Shown here one piece after another: positions 49,751 to 60,088 of a stretch of DNA of 64,000 bases. The DNA is from Candidatus Bathyarchaeia archaeon. Its GTDB lineage: Archaea > Thermoproteota > Bathyarchaeia > Bathyarchaeales > Bathycorpusculaceae. The stretch covers positions 1-64,000 of the forward strand of contig JAVZLK010000001.1 of the NCBI GenBank assembly GCA_038883795.1, written 5' to 3'. A program made the translations under genes and the position numbers. The notes under the pieces are model-generated. The model was not told the origin of the DNA, did not search any database, and worked only from the letters and a program-made list of their open reading frames with translations. The first letter of the stretch is position 1; each line of letters opens with the position of its first letter.

Positions 49751-50329
49751 ATGGGAAATCGGCTTAAAAGAAATTTACAACAATTTGGAGAGAATCTTGA
49801 TTTGCCAACAAAAAAGGAGCCCATATGGATAGCAAGAGAACTTTCAAAATGTAGTGGCTGCAGAAAATGTGAAATTGCATGTTCGCTTTTCCATGAAAAA
49901 CGTATATGGCCAGAAGCTTCAAGAATAAGGGTTTTCATGTTAGTTCCAGGCTTGGATTTTCCGCATTTTTGTGCGCAATGTGAAGATTACCCATGTGTAA
50001 AGGCTTGTCCGGTGGAAGCATTATCCATAAGCAAAGAAACTGGTGCTGTTTTGGTGAATAGGGATAAGTGTATTGGTTGTGGTAAATGCATTGATGCTTG
50101 TCCTGGCAGAATTCCCCATATGCATCCTACTGAAAATTATATTTTAATCTGCGATTTATGCAGGGGAAATCCGCAATGTGTAAAGGTGTGCCAAGAAGGC
50201 GGATGGAACGTTTTAAAAAAAGTTCCAAGAAAGGAGCAGTCTTACAAGCTTTATGCCCGCAAGCCGGAAGAAATCACGCGGGATTTGGCTATCAAAATTT
50301 ATGGAGAAGAGGGGGAGAAGCTGTTATGA
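49751..50329 (+). CDS. 4Fe-4S dicluster subunit (AOR partner)
   Basis: CSGCRKC, CAQC..PC...CP, CIGCGKC...CP, CDLC...C; start may be TTG ~49802. Confidence 0.9.
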   Translation: MGNRLKRNLQQFGENLDLPTKKEPIWIARELSKCSGCRKCEIACSLFHEKRIWPEASRIRVFMLVPGLDFPHFCAQCEDYPCVKACPVEALSISKETGAVLVNRDKCIGCGKCIDACPGRIPHMHPTENYILICDLCRGNPQCVKVCQEGGWNVLKKVPRKEQSYKLYARKPEEITRDLAIKIYGEEGEKLL

Positions 50330-52194
50330 TTTTGGGTTATGCTGGAAAGTTTCTTGAAGTTAACCTTTCCACAAAAAAGGTAAAGGAAACCAAATTTAAT
50401 GATGATATTTTAAAAGATTACATTGGCGGCAGAGGTTTAGCAACAAAAATTCTCTGGGATAGGTTGGGCAGCAAATGGAGCGAAATAGACCCCCTTGGAC
50501 CAGAGAATATACTCCTCTTTTTAACGGGTCCTCTTACGGGATTTTTCCCGGGTGGAAGAATATGCGTTTCTGGAAAGTCTCCCCAAAGCAATGGTGTTGT
50601 AGGTTCCACGGTGGCAGGCGAATTTGGTGTTGAGCTTAAATGTGCTGGTTATGATGGCATAATAGTAACTGGTGCCTCTGAAGAACCTGTTTGCTTGTTT
50701 GTTAAGGATTCTGAAGTGGAAATCAGAAAGGCCAATCACGTTTGGGGAGACGACGCTAAACAGACGGTTTCAAAAATTACAAGGGAGTGCAGAGAACTGC
50801 TGCGAGAGCGCTTTCCGAGAAAGGGCGAATGGAGAGAACCCGCAATACTCTACATAGGTCCAGCTGGAGAAAATAAAGTGCGAACCGCGGTGGTTGCAGC
50901 CAAGTGGACCCATGCGGCTGGTTATGGCGGGTACGGCGCAGTTATGGGTTCAAAAAAGCTTAAAGCCATAGCCGTGAAGGGGACTGGACCGCTGCCAGAA
51001 GTTGCTGACATAAAGAGTGTTAAGAGGCTTATGCAAAGCGTGTGTGAAGATGTTTATGAAAGTGAGTTGTGGAGGCGATGGGGAACTGGGGCTGCTGGTT
51101 ACGAGGTTGGAGCAAAAACAAGCTCCGAACCCGTTAGGAACTGGCAAGAGGAGTGGCATGATGAGAAAAGTTTTGGTGTGGACCAGTTTGAGAATAGGGT
51201 TTGGATAAAGCCCTATTGGGGTGATTTTGGCTGTCCAACAACATGCCTAAAAATTGCCGTAGTTAAAGCTGGGAAGTTTAAAGGCGCAATAACTGATAAC
51301 CCAGACTATGAATTGCAAGCCTATTTGGGTCCAAACCTTGGAATATTCACTCCGGAAGAGAACGTTTTTCTCGCATCACTAATTGATGATTTGGGGTTAT
51401 GTGGAATACAAACGGGAAATGTGCTTGGATTTGCAGCAGAATTGTTCGAGAGGGGAATTTTGACAAAAGAGGATTTAGACGGTTTAGAGCTTCGTTGGGG
51501 TAACACAGAAGCCTTTGCAACATTAGCCAGAAAAATCGCCTTCAGAGAGGGCATAGGCAATTTGTTGGCGGAAGGAACTTATCGTGCTGCGTTGAAAATT
51601 GGCGAAATGAAAAAGAAGGATGTGTTAGCTTATGCGGTTCAAAGCAAGGGCATAGCCATAGGCGCCCACGGAATCCGCAGCGGAAAAGACTATCCAGAAA
51701 CTTATTCTTACGCTTGCTCAGTTCAAGGCGGAGACCACACATCCACAGCATGCTTGCCTTTGCATGATTTCAGAAGCGAGTTAATAATGACTTTTAACGA
51801 TTCAGCAGTATACTGCTACTTCAACATTTTTGGGATTCCGCGCAACTTAAAATTTGAATTTTACAAGGCAGTTACTGGCATAGAATTGACGCAAGAAGAG
51901 TGGCTTAATCCAAAGGCTTTAAGGATACTGCAACTGCAAAGAGCAATGCTGCTGCTGGGTGGACCAGACCTAAAATGGAAACCAAAAATCCACGATGTTA
52001 ACCCACCAAGATTTTACGAACCCCTACCTTCAGGACCATACAAGGGAAAAACTGTTGATAGGGCTGAAGTTGAAGGGGAAATTGCAAAGTATTATGAGGC
52101 TGTCGGCTGGGACGAAAACGGAATTCCAAAAAAAGAAACTCTTAAAAAGCTTGGACTAGAGGACGTTGACAAGGCTTTGGAAAAACTGCGCTGA
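50326..52194 (+). CDS. aor: tungsten aldehyde:ferredoxin oxidoreductase family protein
   Basis: GYAGK.L.VNL, GGRGL, IGPAGEN, GAVMGSKKLKA, LAEG; ATG 50326 coupled to ferredoxin stop. Confidence 0.93.
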   Translation: MILGYAGKFLEVNLSTKKVKETKFNDDILKDYIGGRGLATKILWDRLGSKWSEIDPLGPENILLFLTGPLTGFFPGGRICVSGKSPQSNGVVGSTVAGEFGVELKCAGYDGIIVTGASEEPVCLFVKDSEVEIRKANHVWGDDAKQTVSKITRECRELLRERFPRKGEWREPAILYIGPAGENKVRTAVVAAKWTHAAGYGGYGAVMGSKKLKAIAVKGTGPLPEVADIKSVKRLMQSVCEDVYESELWRRWGTGAAGYEVGAKTSSEPVRNWQEEWHDEKSFGVDQFENRVWIKPYWGDFGCPTTCLKIAVVKAGKFKGAITDNPDYELQAYLGPNLGIFTPEENVFLASLIDDLGLCGIQTGNVLGFAAELFERGILTKEDLDGLELRWGNTEAFATLARKIAFREGIGNLLAEGTYRAALKIGEMKKKDVLAYAVQSKGIAIGAHGIRSGKDYPETYSYACSVQGGDHTSTACLPLHDFRSELIMTFNDSAVYCYFNIFGIPRNLKFEFYKAVTGIELTQEEWLNPKALRILQLQRAMLLLGGPDLKWKPKIHDVNPPRFYEPLPSGPYKGKTVDRAEVEGEIAKYYEAVGWDENGIPKKETLKKLGLEDVDKALEKLR

Positions 52195-52203
52195 AAACCA
52201 TAT

Positions 52204-52307
52204 ATTTTTGGCGCAAAAATCAACCAATACGGACCCTACCCTCTAGGTTTCCAGCCGCCAATTTAAGCTGGTGGATTGTGTTAAATTCGATACCCTCTCT
52301 AGATTTT
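52204..52307. repeat. intergenic dispersed element, copy 2 (inverted relative to copy 1)
   Basis: ATTTTTGGCG..CAATACGG..ACCCTCTA.GTTT..AATTTA..AAATT.GATACCC.CT.TAGATTTT matches the reverse complement of 17288-17393. Confidence 0.75.
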
Positions 52308-52321
52308 CTGCACTGTAAAAT

Positions 52322-52942
52322 TTAGGTGGTTATCCGAATGACTCTTGTGGGCGTAACAATTAGGGATACTTTCTCGTCTCTTTCCTCGAATGGGACAGAC
52401 TCAACCACTTGCATGTCGTGAACGGTTGTTGCTATCGGAATTTTTCCGAACATGTTTTTGAGAAGGTTTATTTCCACATCTCCATAGCCGTGTCCCTTTC
52501 CAAGTCTGTGCCCATGCAGATCAACAGCCACGGAGCCTTCAACTATTAAATCCGGCTTTGGAAAAGAATGCGTTTCTGTTCCAAATTTGAATGCGCCCTT
52601 AATGGTTGAGGCAAAACGCTCTTTTCCTTTCGCTTTGGCTGGGTCAATTAGAATAAAGCCTCTTTTCAGTCTTGGAGAAGCCATTACAAGGATTTTCCCA
52701 TCTAATAGTGCATTTTCTCTAACCTTTTGCTGTGGCGAGTCTGGATTGGCAAATATGACCTTTGCTTTTCGCCATTCTTCCAGTTGGCGCAGTTTTTCGG
52801 CAGCAGCAGATGCTCCAAGAAAATTTGGTATTCTGCCCTTACATGGGAGCGGAAAAACGGCTATTCCAGAGCGTTCCATACTGTTCCAAATTTTCTCTCT
52901 TAACTGCTGCTTTTTTATGGCTATGCTCATGATTCTCTGCAA
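52322..52942 (-). CDS. 5-formyltetrahydrofolate cyclo-ligase family protein
   Basis: GRIPNF.G, NPDSPQ, GSVAVD..G.RLGKG.GYGD.E. Confidence 0.9.
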   Translation of the reverse strand: MQRIMSIAIKKQQLREKIWNSMERSGIAVFPLPCKGRIPNFLGASAAAEKLRQLEEWRKAKVIFANPDSPQQKVRENALLDGKILVMASPRLKRGFILIDPAKAKGKERFASTIKGAFKFGTETHSFPKPDLIVEGSVAVDLHGHRLGKGHGYGDVEINLLKNMFGKIPIATTVHDMQVVESVPFEERDEKVSLIVTPTRVIRITT

Positions 52943-52964
52943 AATAAAATGGGAAGGGGAGGGT

Positions 52965-54176
52965 TTAAATTATTCCGAGTTTTTTGCCGCCTTCTTTGAA
53001 GGCTTCTATGGCTCTATCCAACTGTTCAGTGGTATGTTTTGTGCAAACTTGGACGCGTATTCTGGCTTTGTCCCTCGCCACCATTGGATAAAAGATTGGC
53101 AAGACAAATATTTCCTTTGACCAGAGATAATCAGCCAAATCCTTTGCAGCCTTGCTTCTTCCACACATAACCGGGATTATGGGCGTCTCAGTGTTTCCAG
53201 TGTCAAAGCCAGCATCCTGCAAACCTTCAAGAAGGTGATTGCGGTTCTCCCAAACTTTCCTTACATGCTGCGGTTCTGTTTCCAAAACATCTATAGCCGC
53301 AATACAAGCAGCAGCAACACCAGGCGGAACAGCCCCGCTTAGAAGCCAACTCCGCGCTTTGTTATAGGCAAAGTTGCGCAAATCTTCTCCTCCAGTTATG
53401 TGTCCGCCTATGACTCCGAAAGCTTTTGAGAAAGTCCCCATTTCAACATGGACTTCGTCGCGTGAAAGTTTGTAGTGGTTGACTATGCCTCTTCCGCCCT
53501 CGCCTAATACGCCTTCACCGTGGGCATCATCAACATAGACGCCTGCGCCATGTTCTTTGGCGATTTTTGCAATTTCGGGCAATGGAGCGGTGTCGCCGTC
53601 CATGCTGAAAACGCCGTCCGTGAGAATCCATATGTGCCTGTATGGCGGGTCATGTTTTTCAGCTTCGTCCATAACCCGCGCTAAATCCTCTACATCTTTA
53701 TGTTTGAAAATTGCTCTATCAGCATGGCTTAGCCTTACGCCATCAATTATGGAGCCATGGTTTAATTCGTCTGAAACGAATAAGTCGCCCTTATCAGCGA
53801 GTTGGGGAATGACACCTTCATTAGCCATAAAACCTGTTTGGAATGTCAGCGAGGCTGGAGCGTTTTTGAACTTTGCAAGACGGCGGTCCAATTCCTCGTG
53901 AAGAACCATGTTACCAGAAATCGACCTGTCGCTTCCCGCGCCTGCCCCGTATTTTTGGGTTGCTTCTATCATTGCCTTAACAACTTTTGGATGTGTTGCA
54001 AGGTTTAGGTAGTTGTTTGCACAGAGCATTAGAACCTTTTTTCCATTCACTATGCAGATGGGTTCGCTTGCAGTTTCCAAAACTTTAAGTTCCCAGTTGA
54101 GGTTTTCACGAACCAAACGTTGGTATTCTTCGCCTAAATACTTTGTTGGATGCCGTTTAATAACCAAATTAACCAC
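52965..54176 (-). CDS. kbl: glycine C-acetyltransferase (2-amino-3-ketobutyrate CoA ligase)
   Basis: ANNYLNL, SDELNHGSIIDG, DGVFSMDG, DDAHG, GTFSKA; next to tdh. Confidence 0.9.
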   Translation of the reverse strand: MVNLVIKRHPTKYLGEEYQRLVRENLNWELKVLETASEPICIVNGKKVLMLCANNYLNLATHPKVVKAMIEATQKYGAGAGSDRSISGNMVLHEELDRRLAKFKNAPASLTFQTGFMANEGVIPQLADKGDLFVSDELNHGSIIDGVRLSHADRAIFKHKDVEDLARVMDEAEKHDPPYRHIWILTDGVFSMDGDTAPLPEIAKIAKEHGAGVYVDDAHGEGVLGEGGRGIVNHYKLSRDEVHVEMGTFSKAFGVIGGHITGGEDLRNFAYNKARSWLLSGAVPPGVAAACIAAIDVLETEPQHVRKVWENRNHLLEGLQDAGFDTGNTETPIIPVMCGRSKAAKDLADYLWSKEIFVLPIFYPMVARDKARIRVQVCTKHTTEQLDRAIEAFKEGGKKLGII

Positions 54177-54224
54177 CTTTTAAAACTTATTTTCACCCTT
54201 CTTTTAACATTTCCTATTCCATTT

Positions 54225-55208
54225 TCAAAAAATAAGATTGCCTTCAGCAAACCGTTTCTTCAACTTTTCAATCATGTCCCTTGTCATGGAAGCCAAATCA
54301 TATTGGGGGTTCCATCCCCACTCCCGGCGGGCCACGCTGTCATCTATGGACATAGGCCAAGAATCCGCAATCTGCTGCCTAAAGTCGGGCTTATATTCAC
54401 ATTTGAAATCTGGAATATACTTTCTTATTTCCGCAGCCAACTCTCCCGCAGAAAAACTCATGGCGGTCACATTGTAGCTTGTGCGATGTTTTATCTGTGA
54501 AGAATCAGCCTCCATAAGTTTTAAAGCTGCGTTAAGGCAATCTGGCATATACATCATCGGCAGAACCGTATCCTCCCTCACAAAACATGTATAACGCTTA
54601 TGCTTTATGGCTTCGTAAAAAATCTCAACAGCATAATCCGTTGTACCACCGCCAGGGGGTGTCTCACTGCTTATGATGCCCGGATAACGCACACTTCGAA
54701 CATCCAAACCAAAACGCGTAAAATAATAATTGCACAGCAGTTCGCCAGCCACTTTTGTAACACCATAAATAGTTCTTGGAATAAGGATTGTATCTTGAGG
54801 CGTGTTAATGCGGGGCGCTTCTGGACCAAAAACAGCGATGGAGCTGGGCCAAAAGACTCTAACTAAATCGTGTTCCCTTGCGACTTCAAGCACATTGTAA
54901 AGGCCGTTTATGTTTACATTCCAAGCCAACTGCGGATTTTCTTCGCCAGTGGCAGAGAGAACTGCCGCCAAATGGTAAATGGTGTCGATGTCATACTCTT
55001 TTACCACTTTCTCAATGCTTTCTTTTGATGTGGTGTCAACATACTCAAAGGGGCCAGACTCTAACAATTTTTCGCTCGGTTTTCGTTTATGCCCAGCAGC
55101 AACAACATTTTCTCCACCATACTTTTTCCGAAGCTCCATTGTCAATTCAGAGCCAATTTGTCCGGTGGCGCCAGTCACCAGAATCTTTTTCATGGTTTTC
55201 TTTGACAT
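54225..55208 (-). CDS. tdh: L-threonine 3-dehydrogenase (SDR type)
   Basis: TGATGQIG, PSSIAVFG, YGVTK, PGGGTTDYAV. Confidence 0.92.
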   Translation of the reverse strand: MSKKTMKKILVTGATGQIGSELTMELRKKYGGENVVAAGHKRKPSEKLLESGPFEYVDTTSKESIEKVVKEYDIDTIYHLAAVLSATGEENPQLAWNVNINGLYNVLEVAREHDLVRVFWPSSIAVFGPEAPRINTPQDTILIPRTIYGVTKVAGELLCNYYFTRFGLDVRSVRYPGIISSETPPGGGTTDYAVEIFYEAIKHKRYTCFVREDTVLPMMYMPDCLNAALKLMEADSSQIKHRTSYNVTAMSFSAGELAAEIRKYIPDFKCEYKPDFRQQIADSWPMSIDDSVARREWGWNPQYDLASMTRDMIEKLKKRFAEGNLIF

Positions 55209-55298
55209 TGGATAACCTCATCAGCGTGAGAAAAGGATGTTCAATTTTTAAAGATATAAGAATTTTCAGAAAGAAATCCTCTTCTAACATTGGATACT

Positions 55299-55928
55299 TT
55301 ACTTTTGAGAATTCAGCCTACGAATTAGTTCTTCAATGGGCTGTTCATGCATGCCAACCTTTATTTCAACCTCCACCTTCTCGCTGCTAACTACTATAAG
55401 GGCTGATGATTTTTCACCCCGCTTGTCTCCGCCACTTTTGCTTCCAGCTTGCAGTGCCTTCACTAATCGTGAGGCTAAGCTTCCTCTGGAAGCCTCAAAC
55501 TCTCTTGCCATACTGCTCGCAACATTTTTTGTGGAAAGCAAATTTCCAATAACAATGTAATCTTCACCTACAATTTCTGCATAATATTCTGGAACAGCAC
55601 CGCCAGTGAAAACAGCTTTCCTTCTCTTAAAATCCATCATCGCCACTTGCCTCATGTTTCTTCCAGAATCTTCCATCAAAAGTTTGGCTAAGGCTTGATC
55701 TGGAGACAAACCTTCCCTAAGCAATTCTAACCCTTTAACGCCATAAGCAACATTTGTATAAGCTTGGGTGGCGATGACGCCCACTCCAGGTTTTGCATGA
55801 GAAACTCTGTCGCCCACGTTTGTGGAGCCTGAGGCTGTGGCAACGCCCATAAGAGCGGAGTCTTCGGATATAGCCAATATAGAAAAGGTTCCGAGTGAAA
55901 GTAGCGGTTTTGCCTTCCGTGTAGACAT
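55299..55928 (-). CDS. DUF1028 family Ntn-hydrolase-like protein
   Basis: G|TFSILA, GVIATQA, RQV, GGDKRG..S.AL. Confidence 0.85.
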   Translation of the reverse strand: MSTRKAKPLLSLGTFSILAISEDSALMGVATASGSTNVGDRVSHAKPGVGVIATQAYTNVAYGVKGLELLREGLSPDQALAKLLMEDSGRNMRQVAMMDFKRRKAVFTGGAVPEYYAEIVGEDYIVIGNLLSTKNVASSMAREFEASRGSLASRLVKALQAGSKSGGDKRGEKSSALIVVSSEKVEVEIKVGMHEQPIEELIRRLNSQK

Positions 55929-56011
55929 TGTTTAAACCTATTATTCTATTAGGTGGGAAATGGCTGAAATAGTTTATAGCACGCTTAACAATCATTTTCA
56001 GATGAAGGGCC

Positions 56012-57133
56012 ATGAAGCTTGGTTTCATCGTCAATCCAATAGCTGGAATGGGAGGAAGAGTCGGACTAAAAGGAACAGATGGAGTACTAAAAGAAGCTAT
56101 TGCAAGAGGCGCCAAACCAGTTGCGCCAAAAAGGGCAGTAGAATTTCTGCAAAAACTGAAAGAAAATTTCGCCCAAACAAAAATTGAAGTCCTCACCTGC
56201 CCAGGAATTATGGGCGAAAAAGAGGCAAAGGCTGCAAATTTTCCAGTACAAATATTGCCAATGAAAATTGGAAAGGAGACAAGCGCCGAAGACACAAAAA
56301 CCGCAGTCAAACTCTTAACAGCAGCAAAGGTTGATTTGATAGTCTTTGTCGGCGGAGACGGCACAGCAAAAGATATTTTCGATGCTATGCGAGACTGTAA
56401 AGCGGAAACACCAGTTTTAGGCGTGCCCGCAGGAGTAAAAATGTATAGTGGCATTTTCGCAGTAAACCCCTCAGATGCAGCAGATATCGTTTTGGCTTTT
56501 GCTGAAAACCAAGCAGAAATTACGGAGTTTGAAATAATGGATGCCGACGAAAGCGCCATAAGAAGCGACACCTTCGCAGTAAAACTTCACGGTTTTTTGA
56601 AAGGACCTTTTTTGGCTATGCGAATTCAAGGAAGCAAACAAGTAAGCCCAGAAACAGCCGATGAGAAAGAAAACCAAACAGCAATAGCAAAGTTCATAAT
56701 AGAAGAAATGCAGCCAAACGCCACATACATACTTGGTCCTGGAACAACAGTCAAGCGCATAGCAGACCTTTTGGGCGTTCAAAAAACAGTTTTAGGCGTG
56801 GACATATACAAAAACGGCAAAGTAATGCCTGACGTGAATGAGAAGAAGATTTTGGAAGAAATAAAGGATTGGCAGAAAACTTGGATTATCCTATCACCAA
56901 TCGGGCATCAAGGAATCCTCTTGGGAAGGGGAAACCAGCAGATAAGCCCAGAAATCATTAAGCGAATTGGAAAACAACGCATAATTGTGGCAGCAACAAA
57001 AAGCAAACTCCAAAATATTGAAGGAAACGTTTTAAGAGTTGACACGGGCGATGCCGAAGCAGACGCCATGCTTAAGGGCTATATTAAAGTCATAACAGAT
57101 TATAGAGAATGGAGACTAATGCCAGTCCAATAG
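56012..57133 (+). CDS. ATP-NAD kinase family protein
   Basis: NPIAGMGG.VGLKGTD, GGDGT, GVKMYSG, GRGNQQISP. Confidence 0.88.
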   Translation: MKLGFIVNPIAGMGGRVGLKGTDGVLKEAIARGAKPVAPKRAVEFLQKLKENFAQTKIEVLTCPGIMGEKEAKAANFPVQILPMKIGKETSAEDTKTAVKLLTAAKVDLIVFVGGDGTAKDIFDAMRDCKAETPVLGVPAGVKMYSGIFAVNPSDAADIVLAFAENQAEITEFEIMDADESAIRSDTFAVKLHGFLKGPFLAMRIQGSKQVSPETADEKENQTAIAKFIIEEMQPNATYILGPGTTVKRIADLLGVQKTVLGVDIYKNGKVMPDVNEKKILEEIKDWQKTWIILSPIGHQGILLGRGNQQISPEIIKRIGKQRIIVAATKSKLQNIEGNVLRVDTGDAEADAMLKGYIKVITDYREWRLMPVQ

Positions 57134-58375
57134 CTAAGCTCCAAACTTCCTGGTTTTTCCAAGAAAATTCATTAAGATAGGCATCAAATCCATACCCCTA
57201 ATCCTGTTCAACCCGCCCTTTGCACAGGACCTTTCGCCGAACTCTTTCACATCATCGCAGCGAACATATGGACCAGTTATGGCCACGGGAACGGGGTCGG
57301 CTTCATGCTCGCCAGTTACAAGGGAGGTTGTGTGGTCTGCGGTTACAGCCAAATAAGTTGAACTTGTGTCAACATTGTTAAGCAGATAGCCAACCATTTT
57401 ATCAATTTCTTCAACCACCTTAATCTTTAGCTTAACATTTCTGTCATGACTTGCAACATCCGGCGCCTTCACATGCAAAAGCACAAAATCATAATTAGCC
57501 AGCGCATTAACTGCTGCCTTCGCTTTACCCAAATAATTGGTTTGAGGCAAACCAGTGGCGCCTTCAACCCTTATCAAATCCATTCCAGCAACCTTACAAA
57601 CTCCACCAACTAAAGGCGCAGCGCTTACACAAGCGGCTTTTACGCCATAAATTTTTGTCAAAGGCTCAATTTGAGGAATCGTACCCGCCCCTCGGCATAA
57701 GACAATATTCGCTGGACGCAAACCACGCTTAACTCTTTCTTTATTTAATGGATGAACTTCCAATATTTTATGGAATTCATGGACAAGTTCGTTGACTATT
57801 TTTGATGTTAATTTAGCCTCTGGGCTATCGTCTAATGGTTTCACTTGCCTAACCTTTTCCCCGGTTTTTCCAGGGTCAGCATCACTAACTGCACTTGACA
57901 GTTTGGCTCCGCGAAGAATCAAAACTGCACGATGCTGAAGCGTACTCCTAAACAAGAAATCAACTTTTGCTGGTTTCTTTAGCTTGATTTTCTGGAGACT
58001 TTCAGCCAGTTTCGCCGCTTCTTCATTGGAGATTCTTCCAGCACGCCTATCCAAAACAATAAAATTGTCATCAATTGTCGCAAAATTACATCGGAAACAA
58101 ACATCGCTTGGTGAAACATCTATGCCAGAGCCTATTGCTTCTAAGGCGCCTCTTCCCGAATAAACTTTTAGTGCATCGTAACCCAGCAAGGCAAGGGTAG
58201 CCACATCGCTTCCGGGCGGCGTTCCAGGTGATATTGGGTCCATTATGCCGCAGACGCCCGTTTCAGCTATTTTGTTTAATGATGGTTTTTGGGCTGCTTC
58301 TAAGGGTGTTTTCCAATTCAATTCTTTTATGGGTCTGTCAGCCATTCCATCCCCAATAACTAAAATCGCCTTCAA
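57134..58375 (-). CDS. apgM: 2,3-BPG-independent phosphoglycerate mutase
   Basis: DGMADRP, TPLE.A, PGSD, DRRAGRI, HVKAPD..SHD, TADH. Confidence 0.94.
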   Translation of the reverse strand: MKAILVIGDGMADRPIKELNWKTPLEAAQKPSLNKIAETGVCGIMDPISPGTPPGSDVATLALLGYDALKVYSGRGALEAIGSGIDVSPSDVCFRCNFATIDDNFIVLDRRAGRISNEEAAKLAESLQKIKLKKPAKVDFLFRSTLQHRAVLILRGAKLSSAVSDADPGKTGEKVRQVKPLDDSPEAKLTSKIVNELVHEFHKILEVHPLNKERVKRGLRPANIVLCRGAGTIPQIEPLTKIYGVKAACVSAAPLVGGVCKVAGMDLIRVEGATGLPQTNYLGKAKAAVNALANYDFVLLHVKAPDVASHDRNVKLKIKVVEEIDKMVGYLLNNVDTSSTYLAVTADHTTSLVTGEHEADPVPVAITGPYVRCDDVKEFGERSCAKGGLNRIRGMDLMPILMNFLGKTRKFGA

Positions 58376-58626
58376 TCTTCGTTCACGCCATCCACTTGAA
58401 AGACGAACAAATTCATTTTATGCGGTTGTTCGGTTAAAACACTTGCGCACATACGCAACCAATTTTCACGATAAGAAAATGTTTAATAGCAACTTTTCAT
58501 ATCCTTCTAAGGCGTGGTTGAAATGGGCGATTGCGTTCCACATCACTAAATTTTCGCAACACTTAGCCCACATCAGAATCTGTTCTCCATTAGAATTATA
58601 TTCAACAAAAAAGACAGAAGGGAGAG

Positions 58627-60075
58627 ATGCGCATGTCAGAGATGGGATTGACAGTTAAAAAGGCTGAAGACTTCTCAGAGTGGTACACGCAGGTTGTTGT
58701 AAAGTCTGGATTGGCAGATTATGCACCTGTCAAGGGCTGCATGATATTCCGCGAACTTTCCTACGCCATATGGGAGAAAATCCAAGAAACCTTCAACGAA
58801 AAAATTAAGGCTACGGGACACAATAATGTTTACTTCCCACTGTTTATACCCGAAAGTTTCCTGAAAAAAGAGGCTGAACACTTCAAGGGGTTCGTTCCCC
58901 AAGTTGCATGGGTCACCATCGGCGGAGAAACACCATTAGAGGAAAGACTTGCTATAAGACCCACGTCAGAGACGATAATGTATGCCACATACGCCAAGTG
59001 GATTAGAAGCTGGAGGGACTTACCATTAAAGCTTAATCAGTGGAACAGCGTTGTAAGATGGGAAACAGAAGCCACCAAACTTTTCCTACGCACAAGAGAA
59101 TTCCTCTGGCAAGAAGGTCATACAGCCCACGCAACAAAGGAAGAGGCAGACCAAGAGGTTATGGAAATCCTAAGCATATACAAGGAAATTATAGAAAATT
59201 ACCTAGCCATCCCTGTTCTCGCTGGGAGGAAAACAGAAAATGAAAAGTTCAAAGGCGCATTATACACTACAACCTTAGAGGCTTTAATGCCAGACGGCAA
59301 AGCCCTACAAATGGGAACATCCCACCAGCTTGGCCAAAATTTCTCCAAAGCCTTCAACATAAAATTCCTCGACAAAGACGAAAAGGAAAGATACGTTTGG
59401 CAAACATCCTGGGGTTTTTCAACAAGAATGATAGGCGCCATGGTGATGGTCCACGGCGACGACAAGGGGTTAGTATTACCGCCGAAGGTTGCGCCAATCC
59501 AAGCGGTTATAGTTCCAATACCCTACAAAGACGCTGATTCCACGGCAATACTGGCAAAAGCTAAAGAAATCTATGAAAAACTGAAAAAACATGGCATATC
59601 AGCGGTTCTTGACGACAGAAGCGAATACACGCCTGGATGGAAATTTAACGAGTGGGAACTTAAAGGTGTGCCAATAAGAATAGAAATTGGTCCGAGGGAT
59701 TTAAAACAAAAACAAGCAACATTAGCCAGAAGAGACACATTCGAAAGAATCACCATAAAAGAAGAAGAAATAATTGACGCTGTGGCTAAGCTGCTGGAAG
59801 AAATTCAAAAAAACCTTTTCACCAAAGCCAAAAAATTCTTGGAAGAAAACATAACTACAGTAAACAGTTACGAGGAATTCAAAAAAACCCTAAAAGAAAA
59901 AGGTGGATTTATTAGGGCTTGCTGGTGCGCCGATTCTGCATGTGAAGAAAAAATAAAGGAAGAGACTGGGGCAACCATAAGAATAGTGCCCTTCGAAAGG
60001 GAAAAAATCTTCTCAAAATGCATCTATTGCGAAAAAGAAGCAAAGGAAGTTGTCTACTTCGCCAGAGCCTATTAA
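58627..60075 (+). CDS. proS: proline--tRNA ligase (archaeal/eukaryotic type)
   Basis: RPTSET, RTREFLWQEGH, QTSWG.STR, C-terminal FARAY. Confidence 0.97.
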   Translation: MRMSEMGLTVKKAEDFSEWYTQVVVKSGLADYAPVKGCMIFRELSYAIWEKIQETFNEKIKATGHNNVYFPLFIPESFLKKEAEHFKGFVPQVAWVTIGGETPLEERLAIRPTSETIMYATYAKWIRSWRDLPLKLNQWNSVVRWETEATKLFLRTREFLWQEGHTAHATKEEADQEVMEILSIYKEIIENYLAIPVLAGRKTENEKFKGALYTTTLEALMPDGKALQMGTSHQLGQNFSKAFNIKFLDKDEKERYVWQTSWGFSTRMIGAMVMVHGDDKGLVLPPKVAPIQAVIVPIPYKDADSTAILAKAKEIYEKLKKHGISAVLDDRSEYTPGWKFNEWELKGVPIRIEIGPRDLKQKQATLARRDTFERITIKEEEIIDAVAKLLEEIQKNLFTKAKKFLEENITTVNSYEEFKKTLKEKGGFIRACWCADSACEEKIKEETGATIRIVPFEREKIFSKCIYCEKEAKEVVYFARAY

Positions 60076-60088
60076 CCTATCACTTTAA

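Noticed and set aside
50158-50325. 56-aa N-terminal extension of AOR in the ORF track
   Set aside because: Overlaps the ferredoxin gene; homology starts at the coupled ATG 50326
55735-56571. 278-aa minus-strand ORF
   Set aside because: Antisense shadow of the NAD kinase-family gene; no motifs
58500-58600. Possible structured RNA upstream of proS (GGGC/GCCC and TTGCG/CGCAA arms, repeated CCACATCA)
   Set aside because: Stems are short, no complete C/D or T-box motif; not supportable by eye
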